Shown piece after piece: positions 53,004-64,000 of a DNA stretch of 64,000 nucleotides (the stretch's first letter is position 1; every line of letters starts with the position of its first letter). This stretch comes from Camelus dromedarius (Eukaryota). Location: positions 52,640,001 to 52,704,000 of the forward strand of contig NC_087436.1 of NCBI RefSeq assembly GCF_036321535.1, in the 5' to 3' direction. Under the pieces are notes generated by a model that did not search any database, had not been told where the DNA came from, and was given only the letters and a program-made list of their open reading frames with translations. The position numbers and the translations under genes were made by a program.

Positions 53004-54333
53004 ATTGCTTATATCTCTCTGGCACTGTGGCTTAAGGAGTATCAGTTATCTAGTTCTCCTGGAGACAGTGTGCTCTTAATGATTTTATCGAGAGGTCTTT
53101 GTGTCTTTGCCGTTTTGCGAACTCAGCTTGCTGTTTCCAGAGGCCCTCTGTTGGTGCCGTCATCTGTGCTGCTCCCAGTGGCTGTCGGCTAGCAGATCGT
53201 GCCCCCTCCCAACACTGGGTCAGGAGCTGAGCTCTTACCCAGTGGGTAGGTAGGTCACTCCCTCTCCCGATGCCACAGTCAGATGCTGCACTGGGGGGAG
53301 GCAGGTGGGCAGATCGCACCACCTCCCAGCACTGTGGTCAGGTGCTGCGTTCCTGCCAGGATGGCGGGTGGCTGCCTGCCCTCTCCTGGAGCCAGTCGGC
53401 CCACTGCTCTGTGCAGCTGCCCACTCCACCTCGGGTCCGCTTTCCAAAGGCAGGCTCGGAAGACCGCAGAACGGCCCCGCCCCTGCTCTGTGCCAAATCT
53501 CAGCTCCTTGTTTGTCTTGGTGGCGCAAGTTCTCTGAGGTGCTAGGGTAGAAAGATCCTATCTGCCTCAGGCTGTAAACAAGTCTCAGTCCTGTCTAGGA
53601 GGTTGCAGAGCCCCTGGGTGTGGATTCAGGACTCGCCCCTGCCCCTGTCCTGGTGCTGCACACAGGAGGAGATGGTGGCTGTGGCTGTGCCCCACCTCTC
53701 TTCTCACGAGATGTGCCAGTAATGGTGGTGCAGGTCTGAGGAGACAAAGGCTATGGCGTCCCTTCCCCCAGGGCACACCAGCCATGTTGCTTTGCTTTTC
53801 TTGCAATTTATCGGGGACCGAGGTTGTTCTGCTCCATAGCCCCCCCCCCCCAGCCATGGAGGGCAGCCCCATACAGTCCCCCAGGGCTGCCTCAGTGCAG
53901 CCGCTCCAGTGCTCCGCCCGGCTCGGGCGGCCTGTCCTGGCCCCCAGCTGCTGGCTCGCATCTCAGGCTGGCTGTCACGGGGACCCTCTGTGCCTGTTTA
54001 ACTCAGTTCTGTTGGTCAAGGGGTGCTCAGGGCAGATCTGAGCCTCTGAGGCTCCCCTTCCGTCCCACTGGCCTCTCCGTTGGAGAGGGGAGACCAGCGA
54101 ATGAGCACCAGTCCTCCTTTGCTGCTCTCTCCCCGCAGGATTGGCCCCGTACTGTTTTGCTTTTTCTTCTTTCTTTTTTCCTTTCCTCCTACCAGATTTT
54201 TGGCATCTTTGTCTTTTGAAGAGGACAATGTTCTGTCGGAGTTCGGCAGGTGCTCTGGTTGGCTGAGTAGGTCTGTAGATGTGAGTTTCGGTGTATTTGT
54301 GGGAGAGGGTGAGCTACAAGCATCCTTCTACTC

Positions 54334-54343
54334 CGCCATCTTG
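54334..54343 (-). promoter_or_regulatory. YY1 site at L1 5' terminus (internal promoter)
   Basis: caagatggcg about 9 nt from element 5' end, the usual position in mammalian L1 promoters. Confidence 0.8.
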
Positions 54344-55529
54344 CTTCTCCCCAAAATTTAATATTTTCTGATCACAGGATGTTAACTTATTGCCCTAGTC
54401 CCACATAGTTACATTAACTGACTTTGTAAAAGAGATCAATTAAATGAAGCCCATGATCTCCTTGGTCAAAAGTGCTTTGGCAGGATGTTTATTCTTCTAA
54501 CATGGTTGTCATTGCTTTAAGACTCCAGTGTATACTTAAGTTGTGCAATGCTGTCAAGATTTTGCCTCTACATTGATTTATCTATATTCACATGTTTCCC
54601 ATGGCCAGGTAAGAATGAATAATGGCAGAAATAAATGCTGCTTCCTTGACACTTTCTGATTTCAGAGGCCTCTTTCAGCCACATTTAATTGTAGGCAATG
54701 AATCTCAGGACAAAAACTTTCACCTCAACTTCCCTTGGAAAATAAGTGAGCAATAATGATAGATAAGGCTCAGATATAACCTTGGCTGAAGCTAATGTGG
54801 GAAGACTTCAGTCAGAGAGTCAAAAATCTAGCATGCTGAGCTCAGCTGTGCTAAAAGCACATGTCACATCAACATGACAGATAGCCTCTATGGAATCTGT
54901 TTTTCCTTCAATTAAACGGAAGAAAGAGGGGGATTAGAGCTCAATTGTTCTTAACTTTGCGTGCTGTGGGTCTCTCTAAATATTAAAAATCACAACCACC
55001 ATATGAGGAGGTATTAATATTAGTTTCACTTTATTATTAGGGCACTGAAGCTTAGGGTATCTAAATAACACAAAATAAAATTTTCACCCAAGTCAAGGAC
55101 CCACACAGATGATCTACGGAAGACTTTGGGTTAAGAGTCTCAGAATTAGAGCACATAATCTTTCTACTTGTGCATTCTTTTCTTAAGCATAAGGCACATA
55201 TTCTACTTGAGTCACACAAAACCGTGGCCTGATGTGGCCCATTTCCTTCTAATAATAGATGGATAGTTACCTACCAATGGATATACAACACTATACAACA
55301 CTATCACCTGGTGAGACAGCAGCACTGTAGCATATTTTCAAATAATGCCCATGATTCTAAGGAATGAAAATGGATTCATTTGTCCTGGTGGCATCCAGAG
55401 AAGCTGGTGCCAGTAGACCCTGAATTTGTTCTCAGGCCACTTTCTTCCTAAATGTGCACTAGACTGGCCAGCTTTGTCAGGGACCATGGAGTCTTACTAT
55501 GAGTCCTCCCCTATAGAGAGCATAAGTGT

Positions 55530-56300
55530 TTTTCAAATCCAAATCGATATTAATCAAACATTAGCATGGAATAAACACATTTTCAGACATTCACGTTCTG
55601 CAAAGATGTTGCCTATATGCACCTTTTTTTCCCCCTTTTTTAGGAGATTGCTGGAGGTTATGTCCCATCAAAAAAAAAAAAAAAAAAGAATTAAACCAAG
55701 AAGATCAAGACATGATATCCAAGGAGTAGATGCTGTAATACAAGAGATCTCCTTGAATGACAGCAAGGATATGTCCCAGGACTGCAGCTAAGTGGGAAAG
55801 AAAGCGTGTCGGAAGAGAATTGAAAGTTATTTTACAGAGCTGTTAAAGGATGTAGGAAATCCTAACCAGAAACTTGAAGAAAGCCAAGCAGAATAAGAAG
55901 AAGCAATGAACTCACAGGAAAAATAAAAGTTTTCAGAAGAAATACACTTAGCAGTGAACATTGACAAGTGCAAAACAAGGAAAATCCTGAATATGGGCTT
56001 AACCATAAAGACAGTTTGCAAATTTTCAGGAAGAATAAATATATCTTTGTGAAGAGGAGTATTAGAAAGCAAGATATTTCATCCTTTACAGTCAATAGAT
56101 AACATCTAAAAAACATAAAACATGATGAAGTAGTAATTAATCATCCCATTAAAAATATGTGGGTAATTATTGGATGCAGTAGCTAAAAAAGTTGAAAATG
56201 ATTATACCTGGGGAGTGGAAAAGGAGATGGTGAGAAGTTGTAATATTAGTTGACTTTAAAAATTGTGTATAATAAATACTTCAAAAAAATTAAAATTAAA
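55530..56300 (+). mobile_element. Ancient HAL1 element fragment
   Basis: acattttcagacat...atgcaccttt...ttaggagattgctggaggttatgtcccatcaaaa...taaaccaagaagatcaagacatgatatcca matches HAL1 consensus as recalled. Confidence 0.7.
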
Positions 56301-57399
56301 CATTAACAAGATGATGAAGGAGACTATATAATAGTTAGCAGTCAATCTGCCTCACTCTGGGAGGGGTTAAATGCTGCCCCTGCTTTTCCTTGCAGATTCT
56401 GAGGAGGCTCCACCCTTACCCAAGATCATCTTTGCATAGCCTTTTTCTCAACCCTATGATACATTCCAGGCAGTATTGAAAATAAAACTGCTTCAGGATC
56501 TTATTATTTGTCTTTAGTTATGATTATGAAGTAACATGGAAGCTTCTGGGGGAAATACATTGTGTTTCAAGTGATCATTTTGAGTAAATGAGCCACTGCA
56601 ATGTTACTGCAATGTTGTTGAGTCAAGATCAGTTGTGGGAAGCCCTGCCTTTGTCTTCGCAAGTTCAACATGGTAGATGCTTTCAAAAGCCATCACTCTT
56701 TACACTGCTATGTTGTCTGGTGAGCAATTCACACAACTTCTGAATTTACGCACTCTAAACGAAAAGCAAAATGGCACACTAATCAGGAAGTCCTGACTCA
56801 AGATAAAAAGAAGATGTGGGGAGTTGGCAGTTGGCTGCTAAAAGGAAATGTCCTTAGTCACTACTGCTTACTCAAGGTTTGAATGCATCACAGATGGGCC
56901 AACACTTTCTCTTTCCACCTCTGCCAGTGTGATGGATTATTTCCACCTCAGAAAGGATAATAAAGAGCAAGCATTCAGAATGGGTCTCTTGGTATGAACA
57001 TAGCTTTTGTCCACTTTCTGTCCATCCAGCAGCTCCAATAGATAATGGACTTGGGCATGTAACAAATGCAATCAAAGTAACAGACTTTATTTTAGGAGGA
57101 ATCACTTAGGTTTCTCCAACTCCAGATTCCCAGTCACCATAGCAAACATCTCAAAAGTTAATACCTCTGGACAGTCAGGAAATTGAGAAGACAATGCATG
57201 TGGTTTACTCTTTCTCTCATTGTTACAACAACAACAACAACAAAAAAAAAAAAGCTCTAAGTGTAAATCTTATTAAAATGCATGAGTTTCCAGATCAACT
57301 TTCTCTAGTCTAGAAAGTGTGTTTATACACATATTTCACTGTTGAAAGGAACTTTTAAAAATAGCCCAGCACACATCTAATGCATATTTCCGACTCTCT

Positions 57400-57720
57400 C
57401 TCTGCCAGTTATAGAACACCTGTAGAGACAGGGATCTCGCTTCTTCCAAAACCAACTCTATTCTGTATACCACTGAGAGCCAGGAAGATCTTCCTTTGAT
57501 CTATGGCTCAGTGATTTACACCTCATAATGCCTTTACTCCTTTGGAGTCATAAAAGCAAAAAACAAATTGAATCTCTCTTCCACGTTATAACTCTTACTA
57601 TACTGGATGGCTGCTTCCATTCCTCCCACCACAAGTTTTCTTCTTCCCTCTACTCTTTCCGCCACATCTTCCCCCAAAGTTTCTACAGACTTTTCTATAT
57701 ACTACAGTCCTAATTTCTTT
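57400..57720 (-). mobile_element. CR1/L3 3' remnant
   Basis: gacagggatctcgcttcttccaa...aggaagatcttccttt...aatctctcttccac. Confidence 0.5.
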
Positions 57721-57734
57721 CATTGGTCAGGGTA

Positions 57735-57975
57735 TTGTGTAGAGCAGTGTCATGTGGGGCTTGGAGCTGGGGCATCAAACTCAGAAAAGCTAGGGTTTTA
57801 ATCCTACATCTACCCTCTCTGTGTGTAACTTTGACCAAGAAAAGTATCTAAGCTTTAGTCTCCTAATCCATAAAAATGGCAATAACAATACTTACCACTT
57901 AATGATATAATGTACATAAAGTCTGAGGTGCCTGAAACGTAGTAATTTCAAGAAAATGCTACATTGCTGCTGTGT
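57735..57975 (+). mobile_element. MIR SINE
   Basis: gctagggttttaatcct...tgtgtaactttgaccaag...atccataaaaatggcaataacaatacttacc. Confidence 0.75.
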
Positions 57976-60444
57976 TGGTTCAGCATGAATGTGTTATGAT
58001 TTGTCTTTTCTCTGTAAAGGGGCACACCCAATTCTCAACAGACTATTCGGAGCAGGACCTAGTCCGCATTGAGCAGTGTCATAATCTTGGACCCCTGGGC
58101 ACAGATTTCATAATTGGCAGGTTTCTGTCGCTTATTTACTCACTCCTCCATCTTTAAAAAGGTATTGATTTCAACAAAGACCACACAGTCACATCATCCT
58201 CTGCAACTGTCCAGGTCTGGCATTGAACAAGAATATGAGCAAAGCAAATGCTGGAGTATGCTTTTAATTCCAAAGAGTCTCTCCTTACAGCCCACAGAGG
58301 GGAATGACAGTGCATGAGGGTAGAAGGGAAAAAGAAATAAGAAAAACTGTCAGACTCTGTTTTCTGGGCCAGTTCTAGCTATTTAGGATGCATCCGATGC
58401 CAAAACAACCCTGAAAATAAGACTTTGGATATTCAAGATTGAGCAATTACAGATGAGACAGCAATGCTACTGACAACAGGATGCTACATTTATTTGCGCA
58501 TCAGAGGAAATCTGTTTAAAGAATTCCTTTGGAAAAATAACCAGTTTGAATTGAATTCAGTTCAATTTAAAAAAAGTTTTGATTAACAACAAGTGACCAA
58601 ACTGCCAAATGAATGAATGTATCCATGGGTTCTTTTTGTATTCCATGGGTAGAGCTCTCAGAGAAGAGAAATTCGTGATGTCTTTGAGTTTTGGGAATAA
58701 GGAATCACAGGAAAAGACAGCAAGGCTAACAGAATGACTGTTTGACTAGGACAAATATCAGTGATATATAAACGTGTGAAATGTATGCACTGGTTTTTTG
58801 TAGAACTGAGACTCCTCAATTTTTTTTTTAAGAAAAATTAGAAAACACAGAGAGGCAAAAAGCATATGAAAAAATCTCCCATAATGCTGCCACCAGAGAT
58901 AATCACTGTTTAAAAACTCTGTGTATTTGAAGCATTTTTTACACTATTTTCAAAAGGAGTATTTTGAAAACTTGAATCTTATAAGGCTAATCTCTTTCTG
59001 ACCATCACTGAGAAAGTACAGAAATAGCAGAAAAGGCATCTCTAGAATCTAGCAGCTGGAGCACTAAACATGGATTCCTGTACCTTTTTACTTGATTTCT
59101 CCTAATAATTGCATCATGCTGATGATCCAGAAAAAAAAAAAAAAAACGAAAAAAAAGAAAAGAAAAGAAAGAAATTTTGTCCAGGTGTTTCCAGATACAA
59201 CTATAGTAAGTATAGCTTTGCAGAAATCAGGGAAGCCCATTTTAGCTTGCCCTTTGTTCTGGAGAAAGAAAAAAAAGATGTGCCCAGTGAAACCAGTTTG
59301 TTGCAAAGGAAGCCTTCTGGTAAACTCAAGTTGTTTTAAATGATGAAAAGACAGATATGTACACAATGAAAAATAAAATTAAAAAAAAAAAACAGAATGA
59401 AAATAATGTCACAATAGCTAACATTCTAAAGTCAAAATAACCAAATAAAGCAAAAGGGAAATTTTAGATTAGATTTAAAGCAGGTAGAATCAAGAAAATA
59501 AAATATCCCTGATTGCAGAAGATGGTGTTATGTTAGCAGATGTTTGAATGAAGATAGAAGCCTTTCTTTCACACTATTTTTCCCCAAGGAGAGGAGAATG
59601 GTCTTTACATTAGAAAGTATAGATGATCACTCAAGTCCCTTCCAACTCGAACAGAAGGGTTTTAGAGATGTTTCACTTTTCAGCAGATTGCTGGAGTTTG
59701 GGGTAAATACCACCAGACGTATGATTTCAGATCCAAAAAACTTCTTATAAGTTTCCTAAGAGGCCACTTTTCACAGAATAGTATATCTGATATCAAAAGA
59801 TTAAAAACATTATATTAGGAACATGGAGATGTGTGCCTATCATATGATATGGAGATGCAAAGAATTACATTGCTACCTACAGCTGAAAAAAAAAAAAAAA
59901 ACCTTAAATTTGGAAGGTCATTATCAAGGAGCATAGCATGTAAAATATTTCAACAGCAGTCATTCTTGTTGCCCAAATTTCTAAACTCACAGACTGTTTA
60001 CAGACATATCATTGATTTCATTTTTCAGAATATTTGCTTAAAAGTAAGAAATTCAGACCCTGTTCTGAGTTGCATTCAGAAGGGTAAGTCAAACTTCTTC
60101 TTCACTCAAAAAAATTAACAATGAGTTTCCATATAAGTCAGTGTGCTATGATCACTCCCCTAGTATTTCCTTGGAATTAAGTGATATAAACATTAAATTT
60201 GTGAAAGATACCAAGATAAGTGTAAAGATTATTTAACCAATGTTATGAGGAAAGAACTTATAATGCTTAAACGATATAAGTTAATATGTCATATCTGTAG
60301 CTTCCTGAAATTGCTTTTAAGTTGATTATTTCTTATACAATTTTTGAAGCTATAAATGTAATATGGTATCCACATTCTTTTTTCATCAATCAAGTAAAAA
60401 AAAAAAACTAAAAATGATTTCTAAAATAAATAATTAAAAAACTA

Positions 60445-60813
60445 AATATAAATACAATGGAATTTTACTCAGCCATAAAAAGAATAAAATAATGCCATTT
60501 GCAGCAATGTGGATGGACCTGGATATTGTCACTCTAAGTGAAGTAAGCCAGAAAAGAGAAAGAAAAATACCATATGATATCACTCATATGTAGAAGCTAA
60601 AAAAAAAAAAGGAGAGACACAAATGAATTTATTTACGAATCAGAAACTGACTCACAGACGTAGAAAACAAACTTACGGTTACCAGTGGTGGGAGGGGTGG
60701 GAAGGGATAAATCGGGAGGTCAAGATTTGCAGATGCACACTACTATATATAAAATAGGTAAGCAACAAGTTTCTATTATAAAGTTTGTTTTCTATGTCTG
60801 TGAGTCTGTTTCT
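60445..60813 (+). mobile_element. L1 ORF2-end/3'UTR fragment lacking terminal part, followed by a 33-bp inverted L1 piece
   Basis: tacaatggaattttactcagccataaaaagaataaaataatgccatttgcagcaa...; 60781-60813 is reverse complement of 60642-60674 with 2 mismatches. Confidence 0.9.
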
Positions 60814-62289
60814 TTATCTTAATTCAAATTGTCAGCAAGTTCCATCCCTACAATGGTTTTCCATATGGAGACTTTCCAGATACAACTTAGACAGTGCTGA
60901 AAAAAAGCAAAAGTAATCATGGAATCACCTTAGGTATAAATGTATGTAAACATCTACACTGGATGCAGATTCAGGTTCTCACACTTCATTTTCTCCTCCA
61001 AAAGAAGGGAAAACCCTGAGTTGCAGCTCTTGGGCTTGTCTCTGTTCTCTTGTCTAGCTTCCTGTTTATATTTTGTCTGAGGTTCTCCTCTGTATGTTCC
61101 AGATTTTCTTGTCTCATGTCCTAAGTGTTTTCTTTGATCAGGGTCCTTTGTCATTGTCTCTGCTAACATACTTGCTCCTAAGTCCCCGTAGTTACATTCT
61201 ATTTAAGGAATCTCTGTAGAGGTTGACTGCCTCAAATTTGCACCACCACACCCTGTCTTCCTGCTTTATAATCCTGGGTTTGCCTTGTGTCACGTGCCAA
61301 GACCTGAAGTTCTCTTTCTAGTAATAATGCTCTCTGTTCTACCTCCCCTCTGCATGGATGAACTGGGCATGAGGAACATCTTCAAGAGTTACTGATAAAG
61401 TAACTTCCCCAGCATCCAGATCAAGGATGCTGTGAGAATTCCTTTGCAGCATTAAACCTCCATACCCAGCAGTGTATACACTTCACCCTGAAAAAGCATC
61501 TTAGACATTGCAACTTTCCTGCACATTTTCCTATGGATGTGCTTATAATTACATTTTTGACTGCAGTAGTTTTTGCATTTATCACTTGCTGCTTTGGATG
61601 AACTGTTTGGATTTTTAGTTTAGTTGTTTTTTTTTTTTTACTACACTTCTGAATCGCTTAAATTTTGCAGTTACATAATCACATTGCCTTTGGTTAGTTA
61701 AATTAGACTTTAGAACTTAAAGAAGTTATATTTAATGAGATTGTAAGAAAATTTTGCTTCGGGACATTTCATAGTCTAATAATTAAAATTTGTATTCCTC
61801 TGTGAAATCAAATGATAATATCTCTCCAGTGCAGTCAAATCTTAATAAAAAAAATAGAAAGAGCAGCTTCTTTTCTGCTCTGTTCTTATATAAACACATT
61901 TTTAAAATACCAAGTATTAAATGGAGAATAGCAAAATAAATATTTCCTTTCCATGAGATGGGCACTGAAACCAATAAACACATTACAGAGATCAAAACGA
62001 ACTGTCTGTGTTTTCTAGTCTCTTGTCCTGAAAGTGGATTCCTTTTATCAGGGCCCTTGTTGGCCAGCTTCTGGCCGGCTTAACTGAGACACAAAAGAGA
62101 CAGAGCCCAGGACTTGCACCCCTGTGTCATGTCTGCTACTTCTTGAATCTGCAGTGAAAGAAAGCCATGCAGACAGAGGGAATGCAATTTGCCAATATGC
62201 ATGCAGATTCCCTAAAGACACTATCTGCACTCATGCACTCCAGAAATGTCAAGCTCCTATTTTATACAAGAGACTGAACTGTGCTCTCT

Positions 62290-62600
62290 AGAATAAACAA
62301 GGACACAGTTTCCACTTTCCAGGAGCACAGAGTCTAGGAGGAGAGAGAAGATGTGCACAAATTATCCTGGTAAGAATGATGAGGGAATGGCTGCAGTAGA
62401 AACAGTACCAACAATAATGCTAGAGATGTGCAGAGGGAGAAAGAGACTTGGGTGTTTGGGAAAGGGTTCAAGTGAAGATGGCTTGTGAGTTGAGCCCTGA
62501 AGGATGGGTATGATTTCCCAAGGTAGACATGAGGACTGTGGCTTTTACAGATGGAGAGCGAGATTCAAATGGAGGGAGAGAAAACCAGTAAGTCTATTCA
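62290..62600 (-). mobile_element. L2 fragment (decayed)
   Basis: gaataaacaaggacacagtttccactttccaggagcacagagtctagg...gagttgagccctgaaggatgggta. Confidence 0.65.
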
Positions 62601-64000
62601 CAGCATACAGGTGACCAAAATAGCAGAAATAGGGACAGGACAGCAGTGGGAAGTGCAGCCACAGAGAAGGAAGAGAAAATGCTCCATAAGAGGAAGAAAG
62701 TTATTAGATTCTTAGTCTTCTGTCTAAGCCCAGCTCACTCTAGACTCCCAAGGTGCTGTCAGGAAACCAGAACCGTTTTCAAAGACTGCATGACTAAGGA
62801 AGATAGGTTTGTTCAACAAACAATAAAGTAGGCTATTTGAGAGCATAATCCCATAGAACAGGAAGAGCTGGCTGTCTTAGGGTACATCCCCTTTCAGCTG
62901 TATTATTAGTTCAAGTTGGCTGATTTAAGAATCGGTGCCTCATTAGAAGTAAAAATGTAAACCAGAGCAAACAAAATTTACATGAAATGTTTTATTCAGC
63001 TGAGTTTTCCCTGAAATTCAAATTGGCTGGATAAAAACAAAAACAGTGGAAGATTGTCAACAAAGTCAAATTTTTGTAAGATCTCTGTATATTTCAGCCA
63101 TAATTTTGCAGCAAGCCTGGCAGTAGAATAAGGGACTATTTGTTTATATTCCATCAAAACTATTCCATCATCTAGAACAGAGATACTCTCTGAACAATAA
63201 GACTTCTAATAGGATTATTCTAAGAAATTTGGAGAATTGCTTGTATAATCATCTAGAAGAAAGTTTGTGATTAATGTGAAAGCAAAAGAAGATTTTCTGC
63301 CATAAACAAAGGTAATGATACAGAGTTTCCATTTATCAAGACTGCACTTACACAACTGTCCTGTTTTATGTCTCTGAAAATGGAACTCCAAAGAGACTAC
63401 TGAGGGCATCAGACATGCAGTTTCAAACTGCCCAGTGAGTAACGTGTGGGGCTGTTCTTTATGTTCATCACTCACTAACGAGTTCTTTGTTAATATGCCC
63501 TTCAGTTTGGGGAAGGGTTCAAGCCACATGGCGATTCTAGAATCGTCACCATGTAATATCAGTGAAGAGGTTTTCAATGGCAGACACTCCTTAATGGGAC
63601 CATCTATATGAAAAAAGGTAATCCTGTACAGCCCTGGTTCAACAAGACCTTGCTTTCCAAAGAGAAAGGGCAGAATCAAAGACACCCAAAGGGAGGAAAC
63701 AGGCAGCAGGGCTACATAGCAGGACTTTGCAAATGTTCCTCATTGTTCTGTGCTATGTGACTTAATGCAAGACTGAACCAACCACTTTCCTCAATAAATC
63801 TAGTTTAAACAGCTGCTTAGAAAGAAAAAGTAACTAGGTCAATGCACATTAAAAAGATGACCTAAATATTCTTCCTAATGATTTAATAAATGCTTGACTA
63901 GAAATAGGAAAAAAAAAAGATTTCAAGGGAAAAGATGAAGTAGCAGCTTATCATACTTCAGCAAATTTGCACTCTGAGGGAAAAATGTCCATCTTATCTT

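Larger units (their letters stand above)
51349..54351 (-). mobile_element. Young L1 with complete 5'UTR and ORF1, ORF2 almost entirely deleted (half-L1-like), perfect TSD
   Basis: TSD caaaatttaatattttct at 51331-51348 and 54352-54369; GC-rich 5'UTR ~53010-54351; ORF1 53003-52113; junction at 51969/51970 to ORF2 C-terminal ccactgtggaaaacagtatgg; 3'UTR and poly(A). Confidence 0.96.

Noticed and set aside
53050..54361. Cluster of overlapping ORFs in GC-rich DNA
   Set aside because: By-product of the stop-poor L1 5'UTR; no evidence of a conserved ORF0-like product from sequence alone.
58020..58120. Plus-strand exon-like segment (tctctgtaaag|GGGCACACC...GGCAG|gtttct)
   Set aside because: Weak donor, unrecognised peptide, and stops in the frame needed to join the MGAKIS exon.
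59088..59366. Lys-rich and Phe-rich ORFs
   Set aside because: Translations of A-rich low-complexity sequence at ~59130-59172.
63215..63685. 156-aa minus-strand ORF
   Set aside because: Non-ATG start, no recognisable domain, no clear splice boundaries; length attainable by chance in 64 kb.
1..64000. CRISPR arrays, operons, tRNA/rRNA/snRNA/miRNA genes
   Set aside because: Sequence is mammalian; I saw no repeat-spacer array and recognised no structured RNA gene by eye. An Infernal/Rfam scan would be needed to exclude small RNAs.

Overview
Eutherian mammalian non-coding DNA (AT-rich, CpG-depleted), most likely from a large intron or the regulatory/intergenic flank of a gene. It is dense in ancient repeats (MIR, L2, CR1/L3, MLT1, LTR33, MER20, MER45A, MER46C, HAL1) and carries Laurasiatherian-type L1s. 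I saw no Alu, B1/B2, BovB/Bov-tA, PRE1 or SINEC elements. The youngest L1 3' ends resemble camelid (alpaca/camel) L1 from memory, so a camelid origin is a tentative inference. I recognised no host protein-coding exon; the only ORFs with recognisable products are decayed L1 ORF1/ORF2 pieces. I found no convincing new multi-gene system. The most notable structures are: (1) a TSD-flanked 3.0-kb L1 that keeps its 5'UTR, ORF1 and 3' end but lacks almost all of ORF2 (half-L1-like); (2) an older L1 whose extreme 5' end is fused to nearly the same ORF2 position; (3) a four-layer nest of L2 > L1 > 1.8-kb unidentified 3'UTR-like retrocopy > young L1 tail, with TSDs on all three inserts; (4) a small CpG island at ~24.6 kb with first-exon-like signals on both strands; (5) an NRF1/ETS promoter-like site at ~7.7 kb; (6) a perfect 85-bp duplication with a fold-back-templated junction and an L1 3' fragment ending in an inverted copy of itself. 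Repeat family names are by-eye recognition of consensus sequences, not RepeatMasker output, and boundaries are approximate unless a TSD is given.
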